A stretch of 64,000 nucleotides of DNA from Deltaproteobacteria bacterium CSP1-8. Its GTDB lineage: Bacteria; Desulfobacterota; Deferrimicrobia; Deferrimicrobiales; Deferrimicrobiaceae. A program made the position numbers and the translations under genes. The stretch is taken from NCBI GenBank assembly GCA_001443455.1, contig LDXO01000003.1, positions 1,062 to 65,061 on the forward strand, written 5' to 3'. The notes under the pieces are model-generated. The model was not told the DNA's origin, searched no databases, and worked only from the letters and a program-made list of their open reading frames with translations. Numbering within the stretch: position 1 is the first letter of the stretch; the number at the start of each line of letters is the position of its first letter. This document shows, piece after piece, positions 41,530 through 49,983 of this stretch.

Positions 41530-43029
41530 ATGAAAACGGAACTGGTGGTCGGGGATATCCGGAAACACCGTGCGGACATGCTCGTCGTGAACCTCTTCGA
41601 GGGGGTCACGAGCCCGGGAGGCGCGACCGGAGCCGTCGACAAGGCGATCGGGGGGGCCATCACGGCAGCGATCCACGACGGGGATTTTCACGGGAAGTGG
41701 GGGGAGACCCTTTTCCTGCGTCCCGGAAAGGGGCTGGCGTCCCCCCGGGTGCTGGTGGTCGGACTCGGGAAGAAAGAGAAGTTCACCCCGGACCACGTCC
41801 GCCAGTTGGCCCTGCCCGTGATGCGGATGGCGAAGAAGAAGAAGATCTCCACGGTGGCGTCCGTGCTCCACGGGGCCGGGGCGGGGGGATTCGACCAGGA
41901 GGAAACCGCGCGGTTCCTGGCCTTGGGGGCCGTCCTGTCGGAATACGAATACGACCGGTACAAGTCGGAGAAGGAGGGCAGGGTCTCCCGGTTCCAGGTG
42001 GTCGAGAGGGAGAAGGCTGCAGCGCGGAAGGTCGCCAGGGGGCTTGCCCACGGGGCGAAGCTCGGCGAGGCGATCAACTGGGGTCGGGACCTGGTGGCAT
42101 CCCCCCCCGGGGACCTTCGGCCGGACGGGCTGGCGCGGGCGGCCAGGAAGATCGCGGGAGGGAAGGTCCGCGTCAAGGTCTACGGGAGGAAGGAAGCCGA
42201 GGCGTGGAAGATGGGGGGGTTGATCGCGGTGGGAAAGGGAAGCGAGGTCTCCCCGCGGCTCATCGTCGCCGAGTACCGGGGAGGCCGCCCGGGTTCCCCG
42301 TGGACGGCCCTTGTCGGCAAGGGGGTGACGTTCGACACGGGGGGCATCTCCCTCAAGAAGTGGGAGGGGATGGAGAAGATGAAGTACGACATGGCGGGAG
42401 GCGCCGGGATGCTGGCCGCGGTCCGCGCCGTGGCCGCGCTCGGGATCCGCAGGAACATCGTGGCGATCGTCCCCGCCGTCGAGAACATGCCGTCCGGAAC
42501 CGCCTACCGGCCCGGCGACGTACTCCGGATGATGTCGGGCAAGACGGTGGAGGTGCTCTCCACCGACGCCGAGGGAAGATTGATCCTGGCGGACGCCATC
42601 ACGTTCGCGAAGAAGCGGTACCGCCCGGACGTCATCCTCGACGCCGCCACGCTGACCGGATCGTGCGTGGTGGCCCTGGGCAGCGTCACGATGGGGATGA
42701 TGGGCAACGACGCGAAGGTCCTGGCACGGATGCGGGAGGCCTCCGCGGCCTCGGGGGAACGCGCCTGGGAGTTGCCGCTGCACGAGGAATACCTCGAGCA
42801 GATCAAGAGCGATATCGCCGACCTCAAGAACATCGGGGGGCCTGAGGCAGGCGCCATCACGGCCGGCTACTTCCTGAAGGAATTCGCCGGGGAGACCCCC
42901 TGGGTCCATCTGGACATCGCGGGGGTGGCGTGGAGAGAGAAGGAGAGAATGGGGTACGCCCCCGGCCCGACCGGGGTGCCGGTGCGGCTTCTCGTGGAAT
43001 TCCTGCGGAGAGAAGGGACGGGGGCCTAG
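41530..43029 (+). CDS. pepA: Leucyl aminopeptidase (M17)
   Basis: VGKGVTFDTGGISLK, KYDMAGGA, NMPSG.AYRPGDV, TDAEGRL.LAD, DAATLTG are the M17 catalytic motifs. Confidence 0.9.
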   Translation: MKTELVVGDIRKHRADMLVVNLFEGVTSPGGATGAVDKAIGGAITAAIHDGDFHGKWGETLFLRPGKGLASPRVLVVGLGKKEKFTPDHVRQLALPVMRMAKKKKISTVASVLHGAGAGGFDQEETARFLALGAVLSEYEYDRYKSEKEGRVSRFQVVEREKAAARKVARGLAHGAKLGEAINWGRDLVASPPGDLRPDGLARAARKIAGGKVRVKVYGRKEAEAWKMGGLIAVGKGSEVSPRLIVAEYRGGRPGSPWTALVGKGVTFDTGGISLKKWEGMEKMKYDMAGGAGMLAAVRAVAALGIRRNIVAIVPAVENMPSGTAYRPGDVLRMMSGKTVEVLSTDAEGRLILADAITFAKKRYRPDVILDAATLTGSCVVALGSVTMGMMGNDAKVLARMREASAASGERAWELPLHEEYLEQIKSDIADLKNIGGPEAGAITAGYFLKEFAGETPWVHLDIAGVAWREKERMGYAPGPTGVPVRLLVEFLRREGTGA

Positions 43030-43052
43030 CGCCGGATCCCCCGGAGGAGAAC

Positions 43053-43673
43053 ATGCCCGACATGCCGCCGCGTTTGCCGACGGATAAAGAGTACACCTCA
43101 TGCCCGCACTGCACGATCCAGATTCCCGCGAATGTGCCCGTCTGTCCCCACTGCGAGCAGATTCTCCTCCCCCATGCGCGCCCGCGGCGCCCGCGTTTTT
43201 TCGCCGCGGGACCGCCGGCGCCCGCCGTCCTGTGGGAACGGCACGGCAAGTGGGTCATGGTGGCGGGCCCGGTCCTCCTGGCCCTGGTCGTTCTCCTCCT
43301 CGTGTATCAGCAATGGGTAGCCTATCGCCTGAAGGTGGTGCAAAACCCTTCGCTTCTGGTTGAGGTGGGGAAGGAGAGGAAGGGGGATACGTTGATTCTC
43401 CGGGGAACGGTGACCAACCGGGGGGACGACATTCCGGACCTCTCGCTCCGGTCGGTCGGGATCATCGTGGAGTTCACCTACCGGGACGGCCGCAGGGAGA
43501 GGAAGACGGTGTTTCCGAAGACGGAGTTCCGCGGGGAGGGGGCGCTCCTCCGGGGGGAGACGGGGAAGTTCGAGGTGGAAGGGTCGGCGAAGGGGCTTAC
43601 GGAGATCGTCCTGCGGAGCGAGATCGTGGACCTGGGGATGGGGCAGAAGCTCATCCCTCCCCGCGGGAGGTGA
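43053..43673 (+). CDS. Zinc-ribbon / single-TM / DUF3426-like membrane protein
   Basis: GGAGGAGA precedes the ATG. CPHCTIQIPANVPVCPHC zinc ribbon, TM segment VMVAGPVLLALVVLLLVY, then LILRGTVTNRGDDIPDLSL..IVEFTYRDG, a beta-rich domain resembling DUF3426. Confidence 0.65.
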   Translation: MPDMPPRLPTDKEYTSCPHCTIQIPANVPVCPHCEQILLPHARPRRPRFFAAGPPAPAVLWERHGKWVMVAGPVLLALVVLLLVYQQWVAYRLKVVQNPSLLVEVGKERKGDTLILRGTVTNRGDDIPDLSLRSVGIIVEFTYRDGRRERKTVFPKTEFRGEGALLRGETGKFEVEGSAKGLTEIVLRSEIVDLGMGQKLIPPRGR

Positions 43674-44325
43674 GCCACTGCCGCGTGCGGGGGCAGGCCG
43701 GGGAGGAATGGCCCCGGGTCCAGCGGGCGAGCGCGGTCACGTCGTCCGCGGTGTCGATGTCGAACCCGGGGGGGAGGAGGGCGTACGGGATCCCCGCAGC
43801 CCGGCACTGCAGGCAAACCTCGGACAGGACCGAGCCTGTCCCCCAATTCACGCCCCGGAACAGGGACGGGGCGGTAGACGAGAGAGCGATCAGGTAGAAC
43901 CCCCCGTCGTCGCTGGGGCCGAAAACGGCCCCGGCGGAGGAAGCCAGTTCCCGGAAGGCGGCACGTACGAGCGGTGCGGAAAGAACCGGGCAGTCCGCGC
44001 CGACGAGGACGGCCCCGGCGAAACCCCGGGCGAAGGCGGTTTCGAATGCGTTCGCCATACGCTCGCCGAGGTCCTCTCCGGACTGGGGGAGCGGCTCGTA
44101 GGAGGAAAACGGATCCCGCCGGAAGAGATCCCCGCTTCCGGGCGGAGAGAAGAAGAGGTAGCGATGGACCCGTTTCAGCCTGCCCATTTCCGCTGCCGTG
44201 TCCTCGAGGAGGCACGCATAGAGCGCGGCCGCTTCCGTTTTCGTGAAGGAGGGGCAAAGCCGCGTCTTGACCTGCCCCGGGACGGGGGCCTTCGCCAACA
44301 GGATCAACGCCTCCGTTCGCGTCAC
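43651..44325 (-). CDS. DUF2064 / TIGR04282-type nucleotidyltransferase-fold protein
   Basis: VTRTEALILLAKAPVPGQVKTRLCP..GEDLGERMANAF..VLVGADCP..GPSDDGGFYLIAL..VNWGT. The GTG start at 44325 is tentative; the longer track ORF N-terminus is not credible. Confidence 0.7.
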   Translation of the reverse strand: MTRTEALILLAKAPVPGQVKTRLCPSFTKTEAAALYACLLEDTAAEMGRLKRVHRYLFFSPPGSGDLFRRDPFSSYEPLPQSGEDLGERMANAFETAFARGFAGAVLVGADCPVLSAPLVRAAFRELASSAGAVFGPSDDGGFYLIALSSTAPSLFRGVNWGTGSVLSEVCLQCRAAGIPYALLPPGFDIDTADDVTALARWTRGHSSPACPRTRQWLTSRGEG

Positions 44326-44443
44326 GGGGGTTCCCTTCTGGCGGCGACACCTCGCATGGCATTCATTGTAACAACCGTTTGCCAGAAAACCGATGCCCGG
44401 GTACGATATCGGCCTTACCCTTGTACCGCATGAGGGGAGCGCC

Positions 44444-45331
44444 ATGAAGGGGAAAGCAGGGAGGGTTTTGAACATCGGACTTCCGAAGGGGAGCCTGCAG
44501 GATTCCACGATCAGGCTGTTTCGGAAGGCGGGATTCACCATCACGGTGGGCTCCCGCAGCTACGTCCCCTCCATCGACGACGAGGAGCTGTCCGGGCTCC
44601 TGATCCGCGCCCAGGAGATGGCCCGGTACGTGCAAGACGGCATCCTGGACCTCGGGCTGACCGGCCGGGACTGGGTCATGGAGCAGAATGCCAAGGTGAA
44701 GGAGGTCTGTCCCCTCCAGTACGCGAAAGGAGGATTGCGGCCCGTACGGTGGGTGGTGGCGGTCCCGAACGAATCCCCCATCAGGCGTCTCGAAGACCTG
44801 GGCGGCATGAGGGTCGCCACCGAGCTTGTCCAATACACCCGCCGGTTCCTCAAGGCGAGGGGGATCAAGGCGAACGTGGAATTCTCGTGGGGCGCGACCG
44901 AAGTGAAGGCCCCGCGTCTTGCGGACGCGATCGTGGAGTTGACCGAAACGGGGAGCACGCTCCTGGCCAACAACTTGCGGATCGTCGACACCATCATGGA
45001 GTCCACGACCGTCCTGATCGCCAACCGGGATGCCTGGAAAGACCCTTGGAAAAAGAAAAAGATCGAAAACATCGCGATGCTTCTCACCGGCGCTCTCCTG
45101 GCGGAGGAGAAGGTGGGGCTGAAGATGAACGTGAACCGCGCAGACCTCGACAGGGTGCTGAAGGTACTCCCCGCCCTCCAGAACCCCACGATATCGTCGC
45201 TTTCCGAGGCGGGCTGGTTCAGCCTCGAGGTCATCGTGGACGAGAAGACCGTCCGGGAACTGATCCCCGTTCTGAAGAATTCGGGCGCCTCCGGGATCGT
45301 CGAGTACCCGCTCAACAAGGTGATTCCGTAG
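44444..45331 (+). CDS. hisG: ATP phosphoribosyltransferase (long form)
   Basis: [63 protein letters not shown], plus the C-terminal regulatory domain. Confidence 0.9.
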   Translation: MKGKAGRVLNIGLPKGSLQDSTIRLFRKAGFTITVGSRSYVPSIDDEELSGLLIRAQEMARYVQDGILDLGLTGRDWVMEQNAKVKEVCPLQYAKGGLRPVRWVVAVPNESPIRRLEDLGGMRVATELVQYTRRFLKARGIKANVEFSWGATEVKAPRLADAIVELTETGSTLLANNLRIVDTIMESTTVLIANRDAWKDPWKKKKIENIAMLLTGALLAEEKVGLKMNVNRADLDRVLKVLPALQNPTISSLSEAGWFSLEVIVDEKTVRELIPVLKNSGASGIVEYPLNKVIP

Positions 45332-46248
45332 ACGGGGCCGGACATCTCCGGGAGGCCCTCTCGGCGGTTCTTCGCGCGCACGGGGCCGCCGATCTGTCGT
45401 CGGACCCCGTACGATTCCCCCACCGGTTCGCGGGCCGGGCGGACGCCGAGGTCGCCGCGTTCGTGGCGGCCTCCTTCGCCTTCGGCAACGTGGCCCAGAT
45501 CCTCGCCTTTCTCGAAAGGGTGTTCCGGGTCCTCGGGCCTTCCCCCCATGCGACCCTGACGGCCCGCCGTCCCCTTTCCCCGTCGCAGGTCACGGGGCTT
45601 TCCCACCGGTTTATCTCCCCGTCCGGCGTCCACCGGTTCCTTCTCTGCCTCCGGGCGGCCCTCCTCGAGCATGGTTCCCTGGAAGCTCTCTACCAACGAG
45701 GCAGGGACCGCGGGGGGGGCGACCCGCGGTCGTGGCTGGCCGGCTTTCTCGCCTCTTTCCGGGAATCGTGGAGGGAGAAGATCCCGCGGGAGAGGAATTT
45801 CCTCTTTCCCGACCCGGGCAAAGGATCGGCGTGCAAGCGGCACAACCTGTTCCTCCGCTGGGTGGTGCGGGAGGGAGACGGGGTGGATCTCGGGCTCTGG
45901 ACGGCCCTCTCCCCGCGGCAACTGATCGTCCCTCTCGACACGCACATGGCGAGGCTGGGGAAGTGGCTGGGGCTCACCTCCCGCAGCTCCGCCGACTGGA
46001 GGATGGCCGAAGAGATCACCGGGGCATTCCGGGCGGTATGCCCCGAGGACCCCGTCCGGTTCGACTTCGCCCTGACCCGGATCGGGATCCTGAAAGCCTG
46101 TACTCTCCCGGTCCGGGGGACATGCGGACGATGCCCGCTTGGCGTCGCCTGCAGGGGGGGTGCAAGCCCGGACGGCCTTGCGCCAAGGCAAGGCGGACAA
46201 GCCCCGGGCAAGAAAATGGTGTTGCCCGTCCTTCCCCCTCTGGGATAG
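45331..46248 (+). CDS. TIGR02757 (DUF2400) family protein; start codon unresolved
   Basis: LREALSAVLRAHGAADLSSDPVRFPHRF..VAAFVAASFAFGNV..SACKRHNLFLRWVVR..VPLDTHMARLG is the family pattern. No ATG/GTG/TTG lies in frame near the conserved N-terminus (see findings). Confidence 0.6.
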   Translation, partial: DGAGHLREALSAVLRAHGAADLSSDPVRFPHRFAGRADAEVAAFVAASFAFGNVAQILAFLERVFRVLGPSPHATLTARRPLSPSQVTGLSHRFISPSGVHRFLLCLRAALLEHGSLEALYQRGRDRGGGDPRSWLAGFLASFRESWREKIPRERNFLFPDPGKGSACKRHNLFLRWVVREGDGVDLGLWTALSPRQLIVPLDTHMARLGKWLGLTSRSSADWRMAEEITGAFRAVCPEDPVRFDFALTRIGILKACTLPVRGTCGRCPLGVACRGGASPDGLAPRQGGQAPGKKMVLPVLPPLG

Positions 46249-46298
46249 ATTTGGGATAAGACCTTCGATCCCCGGGAATCCGGGAAGGAGGAAGGGAC

Positions 46299-47861
46299 AT
46301 GACGACCAAGAAATTGAAAATCGGGGAAATTCTCGTTTCCTCGGGCCTGATCACGGAAGAGCAGTTGAAGACCGCCCTCAGCAGCCAGAACCAGCTGGGG
46401 GGGACGGTGGGGGAGAACCTGATCCGGTTGGGCTACCTCACCGAGGAGGTGCTGCTGAACGCCCTGTCCGAACAGACAGGACTGCAGCATATCAACCTCA
46501 CCCGGGTGGAGGTACCCCCCTCGATCCAGCGCCTCATCCAGCTGGAGACCGTCCGGTCCCGCCGGTTGCTGCCCATCGGGTTCGAGGGGAAGAGACTCGT
46601 GGTCGGGATGGTCGACCCGACGGACCTCTCGGCTCTTTCCGAGGTGGAGTTCCAGTCGGGGCACACCACGAAGCCGGTGATCCTGTCCGCCTCCCATTTC
46701 GATGAGGCGCTCACCCAAATCCAGGCCTCCGGGTACGGGGTGAACACCCTGAAGCTCAGCGAGGAAAGGCCGCAGCGGCGCATCCAGCCGGAGGGCAACA
46801 TCGCGAGCCTTCTCAAGGCGCTGGTGGCCTGGCACGGGCAGGACCTGCACCTCTCCTCCGGGGCCATCCCGTCCCTCCGCGTGGACGGGGAAATCCGGCG
46901 CATGGACATCCCGGCGCTCAAGCCGGCCGAGGTCGAGTCGATGGTCAACGCCATCCTCACTCCCGGGCAGAAGCGGGCCTTCGAGGAGAACCTCGAGCTC
47001 GATTTCGCCTATTCCCTCGACGGGGTCGGTCGCTTCCGCTGCAACCTCTATCGCCAGCGCGGCTCCCTCGCCTTCACCGCCCGCCATGTGGCGGACAAGG
47101 TCCCCTCCGCCACCGAGCTTAGCATCCCGGATTTCCTCCTGGAGTACGCGTTGCGGAAGCAGGGGTTCGTCCTGGTCACGGGGCCGAACGGGCACGGCAA
47201 GACCACGACGCTGGCCAATCTCGTGGACACGATCAACCGGGAGCGGAAGGCGAACATCATCACCATCGAGGATCCGATCGAGTACACCCACCGGCACAAG
47301 AACTCGAACGTGAACCAGCGGGAGGTGGGGACCGACACGATCTCCTTCTCCGACGGGCTCCGCCACATCTTCCGGCAGAACCCCGACGTGATCGTGATCG
47401 GGGAACTCCGGGACTACGAGAGCTTCTCCATCGCCCTGACGGCGGCGGAGACCGGCCACCTCGTCATGGCGACGATGCACTCCATGAACGCCACGGCGGC
47501 CGTGGACCGGATCATCGACGCCTTTCCCTCGAGCCAGCAGGCCCAGGTGCGGGCGCAACTGGCGGATTGCCTCCAGGTGGTTTTCTCGCAGCGCCTTCTG
47601 CGAAGGGCGTCCGGAAGCGGGCGGATCCTGGCGTGGGAGAGGATGAGCTCCTCCCTCCGCGTGCGAAACGCCATTCGCGAGGGGAAGGTCCACCTCCTGC
47701 GCGCCATGATGCAGACGAACATCGAGGAGTTGGTGAGCATCGACTGGACCCTGGCGGAGCTGGTCGCCTCCGGCAAGGTGAGGTACGAGGAGGCGCTGAA
47801 GTACGCGGACAACGCGACGTACCTCAACGAGCTGCTCAAGGTCCGGGGGGCCTACCGGTAG
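46299..47861 (+). CDS. PilT/PilU-type hexameric ATPase fused to an N-terminal MshEN (c-di-GMP-binding) domain
   Basis: Residues 7-30 (KIGEILVSSGLITEEQLKTALSSQ), a 5-aa spacer, and residues 36-59 (TVGENLIRLGYLTEEVLLNALSEQ) fit the tandem MshEN motif. The core carries GPNGHGKTTT, IEDPIEY, NPDVIVIGELRD, TGHLVMATMHS and VRNAIREGK. Confidence 0.85.
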   Translation: MTTKKLKIGEILVSSGLITEEQLKTALSSQNQLGGTVGENLIRLGYLTEEVLLNALSEQTGLQHINLTRVEVPPSIQRLIQLETVRSRRLLPIGFEGKRLVVGMVDPTDLSALSEVEFQSGHTTKPVILSASHFDEALTQIQASGYGVNTLKLSEERPQRRIQPEGNIASLLKALVAWHGQDLHLSSGAIPSLRVDGEIRRMDIPALKPAEVESMVNAILTPGQKRAFEENLELDFAYSLDGVGRFRCNLYRQRGSLAFTARHVADKVPSATELSIPDFLLEYALRKQGFVLVTGPNGHGKTTTLANLVDTINRERKANIITIEDPIEYTHRHKNSNVNQREVGTDTISFSDGLRHIFRQNPDVIVIGELRDYESFSIALTAAETGHLVMATMHSMNATAAVDRIIDAFPSSQQAQVRAQLADCLQVVFSQRLLRRASGSGRILAWERMSSSLRVRNAIREGKVHLLRAMMQTNIEELVSIDWTLAELVASGKVRYEEALKYADNATYLNELLKVRGAYR

Positions 47862-47894
47862 GGACGGCAAGGCGGTCCGGGGAGAGACGGCGGG

Positions 47895-48698
47895 ATGATC
47901 GGAAAGAAGATCCGGCTGGAGAGGATCGTCGACCGGAACACCCGGCGAACGGTCATCGTCCCGTTGGACCACGGGATGACCGTCGGTCCCATCCCCGGGC
48001 TCATCCAGATCCCCCCCACCGCCAACCTCATCGCCGAGGGGGGCGCGAACGCCGCCATCGTGCATCGCGGCGCCGCCATGTTCGGGCACCGCGGCTACGG
48101 GAAAGATCTCGGGCTTATCCTCCACCTCTCCGCCAGCACGACCCTCTCGCCGGACTCGAACCGGAAGGTCCTCGTGGCCACCGTGGAGGACGCGCTCCGG
48201 ATGGGAGCCGACGCGGTGTCGATCCACGTGAACCTCGGGGCCGAGGACGAGGCCCGGATGCTGAGGGATTTCGGGACGGTTTCGACCGACTGCCAGAGAT
48301 GGGGGGTTCCCCTCCTCGCGATGATCTACACGCGGGGACCGAAGATCCGGAACGAGTACGACGCCCGGTACGTCCGGCACGCCGCGCGCGTGGGGGCGGA
48401 GATGGGGGCGGACATCGTGAAGGTACCGTACACGGGAAGCCCCGAGACGTTCCGGGAAGTGGTGGAGGGGTGCGCCTCTCTTGTCGTCATCGCGGGAGGC
48501 GAGAAGGTGGGAAGCGACGAGGATGTGTTCCGGATGGTGAAGGGGGCGATGGAAGCGGGCGGGGCGGGCGCCTCCATCGGCCGCAACGTGTTCCAGCACA
48601 GGTCCCCGGCCGCGATGGTCCGGGCCATCGCGGCGATCGTCCACGGGGGAGCGACCACGAAGGAAGCGATCGACGTCCTGAAGGGGAAAGGAACGTGA
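47895..48698 (+). CDS. Class I aldolase (DhnA family), probably 2-amino-3,7-dideoxy-D-threo-hept-6-ulosonate synthase (AroA')
   Basis: [48 protein letters not shown]. The assignment is supported by ATGA-type coupling to the DHQ synthase II gene. Confidence 0.75.
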   Translation: MIGKKIRLERIVDRNTRRTVIVPLDHGMTVGPIPGLIQIPPTANLIAEGGANAAIVHRGAAMFGHRGYGKDLGLILHLSASTTLSPDSNRKVLVATVEDALRMGADAVSIHVNLGAEDEARMLRDFGTVSTDCQRWGVPLLAMIYTRGPKIRNEYDARYVRHAARVGAEMGADIVKVPYTGSPETFREVVEGCASLVVIAGGEKVGSDEDVFRMVKGAMEAGGAGASIGRNVFQHRSPAAMVRAIAAIVHGGATTKEAIDVLKGKGT

Positions 48699-49696
48699 TG
48701 GCCCCGGTGTTGTGGGCGCGGGTCATCCCCTGGGAGAAGGATGTCGCCATCGCGGCGCTCGAATCGGGTGTGGAGACCCTTTGGGTGCCTGACGGCTGCG
48801 GCGGGAAGGTCCGGGAGCTCGGGCGGGTGATGGCGGTGTGCTCCGAGGGGGACCTGCGCGAGGGGAGGGATTTCCGGGTCACACGAATGCGGGACAAGGA
48901 GGACGAGACGGCGATCCTTTCCTCGCCCCCGGAGACGACCTGGGTGGTTCAACAGGAGGAACGGGAAGTGATCCCCCTCGAAAACCTGGTGGCCCACCGG
49001 AGGAAGATCTTCGTAGTCGCCCATACCCCCGATGAGGTCACCCTCTGCCGGGGGGTGCTGGAACGGGGGGTCTACGGGATCGTTCTCGAGACGGACTCGC
49101 CCGCAAAGATGCGCCAGCTGGCGTCGGCAGCCCGGGTCGACGCCGGGCGGGTGCCTCTTGTCCCCGCGCGGGTGACCGAAGTGGCCTCTCTCGGAATCGG
49201 GGACCGGGTATGCGTCGACACCTGCTCGCTGATCGAAGGAGACTGCGGAATGCTGGTCGGCAACTCGAGCGCAGGGGTCTTCCTCGTGTGCGCGGAGAAT
49301 GCGCCGAACCCGTACGTCCTGCCGCGACCTTTCCGCGTCAATGCGGGGGCGGTCCATTCCTATTGCCGGCTTCCTGCGGGGCGTACGGGGTACTTGTCGG
49401 AGCTTTCGGCGGGTTCCGAGGTGCTCCTGGTGAACGAAAACGGAAAAGCGGAGACGGCCGCCGTGGGACGGGTGAAGGTGGAGCGCAGGCCCTTGCTGCT
49501 CGTGCGGGCGGAGGGGTCCGGGGGTGCGATCCATTCCGTGATCCTGCAGAACGCGGAGACGATCCGGCTGGTGTGCGCCGGGGGAGGCACGGTTTCCGTG
49601 GCGAGGCTGTCCGCGGGGGATTCCGTCCTTCTCGCGGAGGAAAAGGCGGGAAGGCACTTCGGGACAGCCGTGGAGGAGACGATCCGGGAAATTTGA
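48698..49696 (+). CDS. 3-dehydroquinate synthase II (archaeal-type, AroB')
   Basis: WARVIPWEKDVAIAALESGVETLWVP..GDRVCVDTCSLIEGDCGMLVGNSSAGVFLV..RPFRVNAGAVHSY is the DHQS-II family pattern. The start overlaps the upstream stop (GTGATG). Confidence 0.8.
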   Translation: MAPVLWARVIPWEKDVAIAALESGVETLWVPDGCGGKVRELGRVMAVCSEGDLREGRDFRVTRMRDKEDETAILSSPPETTWVVQQEEREVIPLENLVAHRRKIFVVAHTPDEVTLCRGVLERGVYGIVLETDSPAKMRQLASAARVDAGRVPLVPARVTEVASLGIGDRVCVDTCSLIEGDCGMLVGNSSAGVFLVCAENAPNPYVLPRPFRVNAGAVHSYCRLPAGRTGYLSELSAGSEVLLVNENGKAETAAVGRVKVERRPLLLVRAEGSGGAIHSVILQNAETIRLVCAGGGTVSVARLSAGDSVLLAEEKAGRHFGTAVEETIREI

Positions 49697-49758
49697 GGAG
49701 TTTTTCCTACCCCGGTGGTATCATGAATCCGTAGACGCCTGTCAGAGGGGAGGAAATC

Positions 49759-49944
49759 ATGTTCGGACTCGGAATACCGGAACTCCTGATCATCCTCGTG
49801 ATCGTGGTCCTCCTTTTCGGGGCGGGGAAGCTTCCGCAGATCGGAAGCGGCCTCGGGGAAGGGATCCGCAACTTCAAAAAGTCGATGAAGGAGAAGAACG
49901 AAATCGACGTCACTCCCACGAAGCCGGAGAACAAGGACAAATAG
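49759..49944 (+). CDS. tatA: Twin-arginine translocase TatA/E family protein
   Basis: [43 protein letters not shown]. Confidence 0.9.
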   Translation: MFGLGIPELLIILVIVVLLFGAGKLPQIGSGLGEGIRNFKKSMKEKNEIDVTPTKPENKDK

Positions 49945-49983
49945 CGGATGACAACCTTCCCGCCGGATCTCCGCCGCCGGTCC

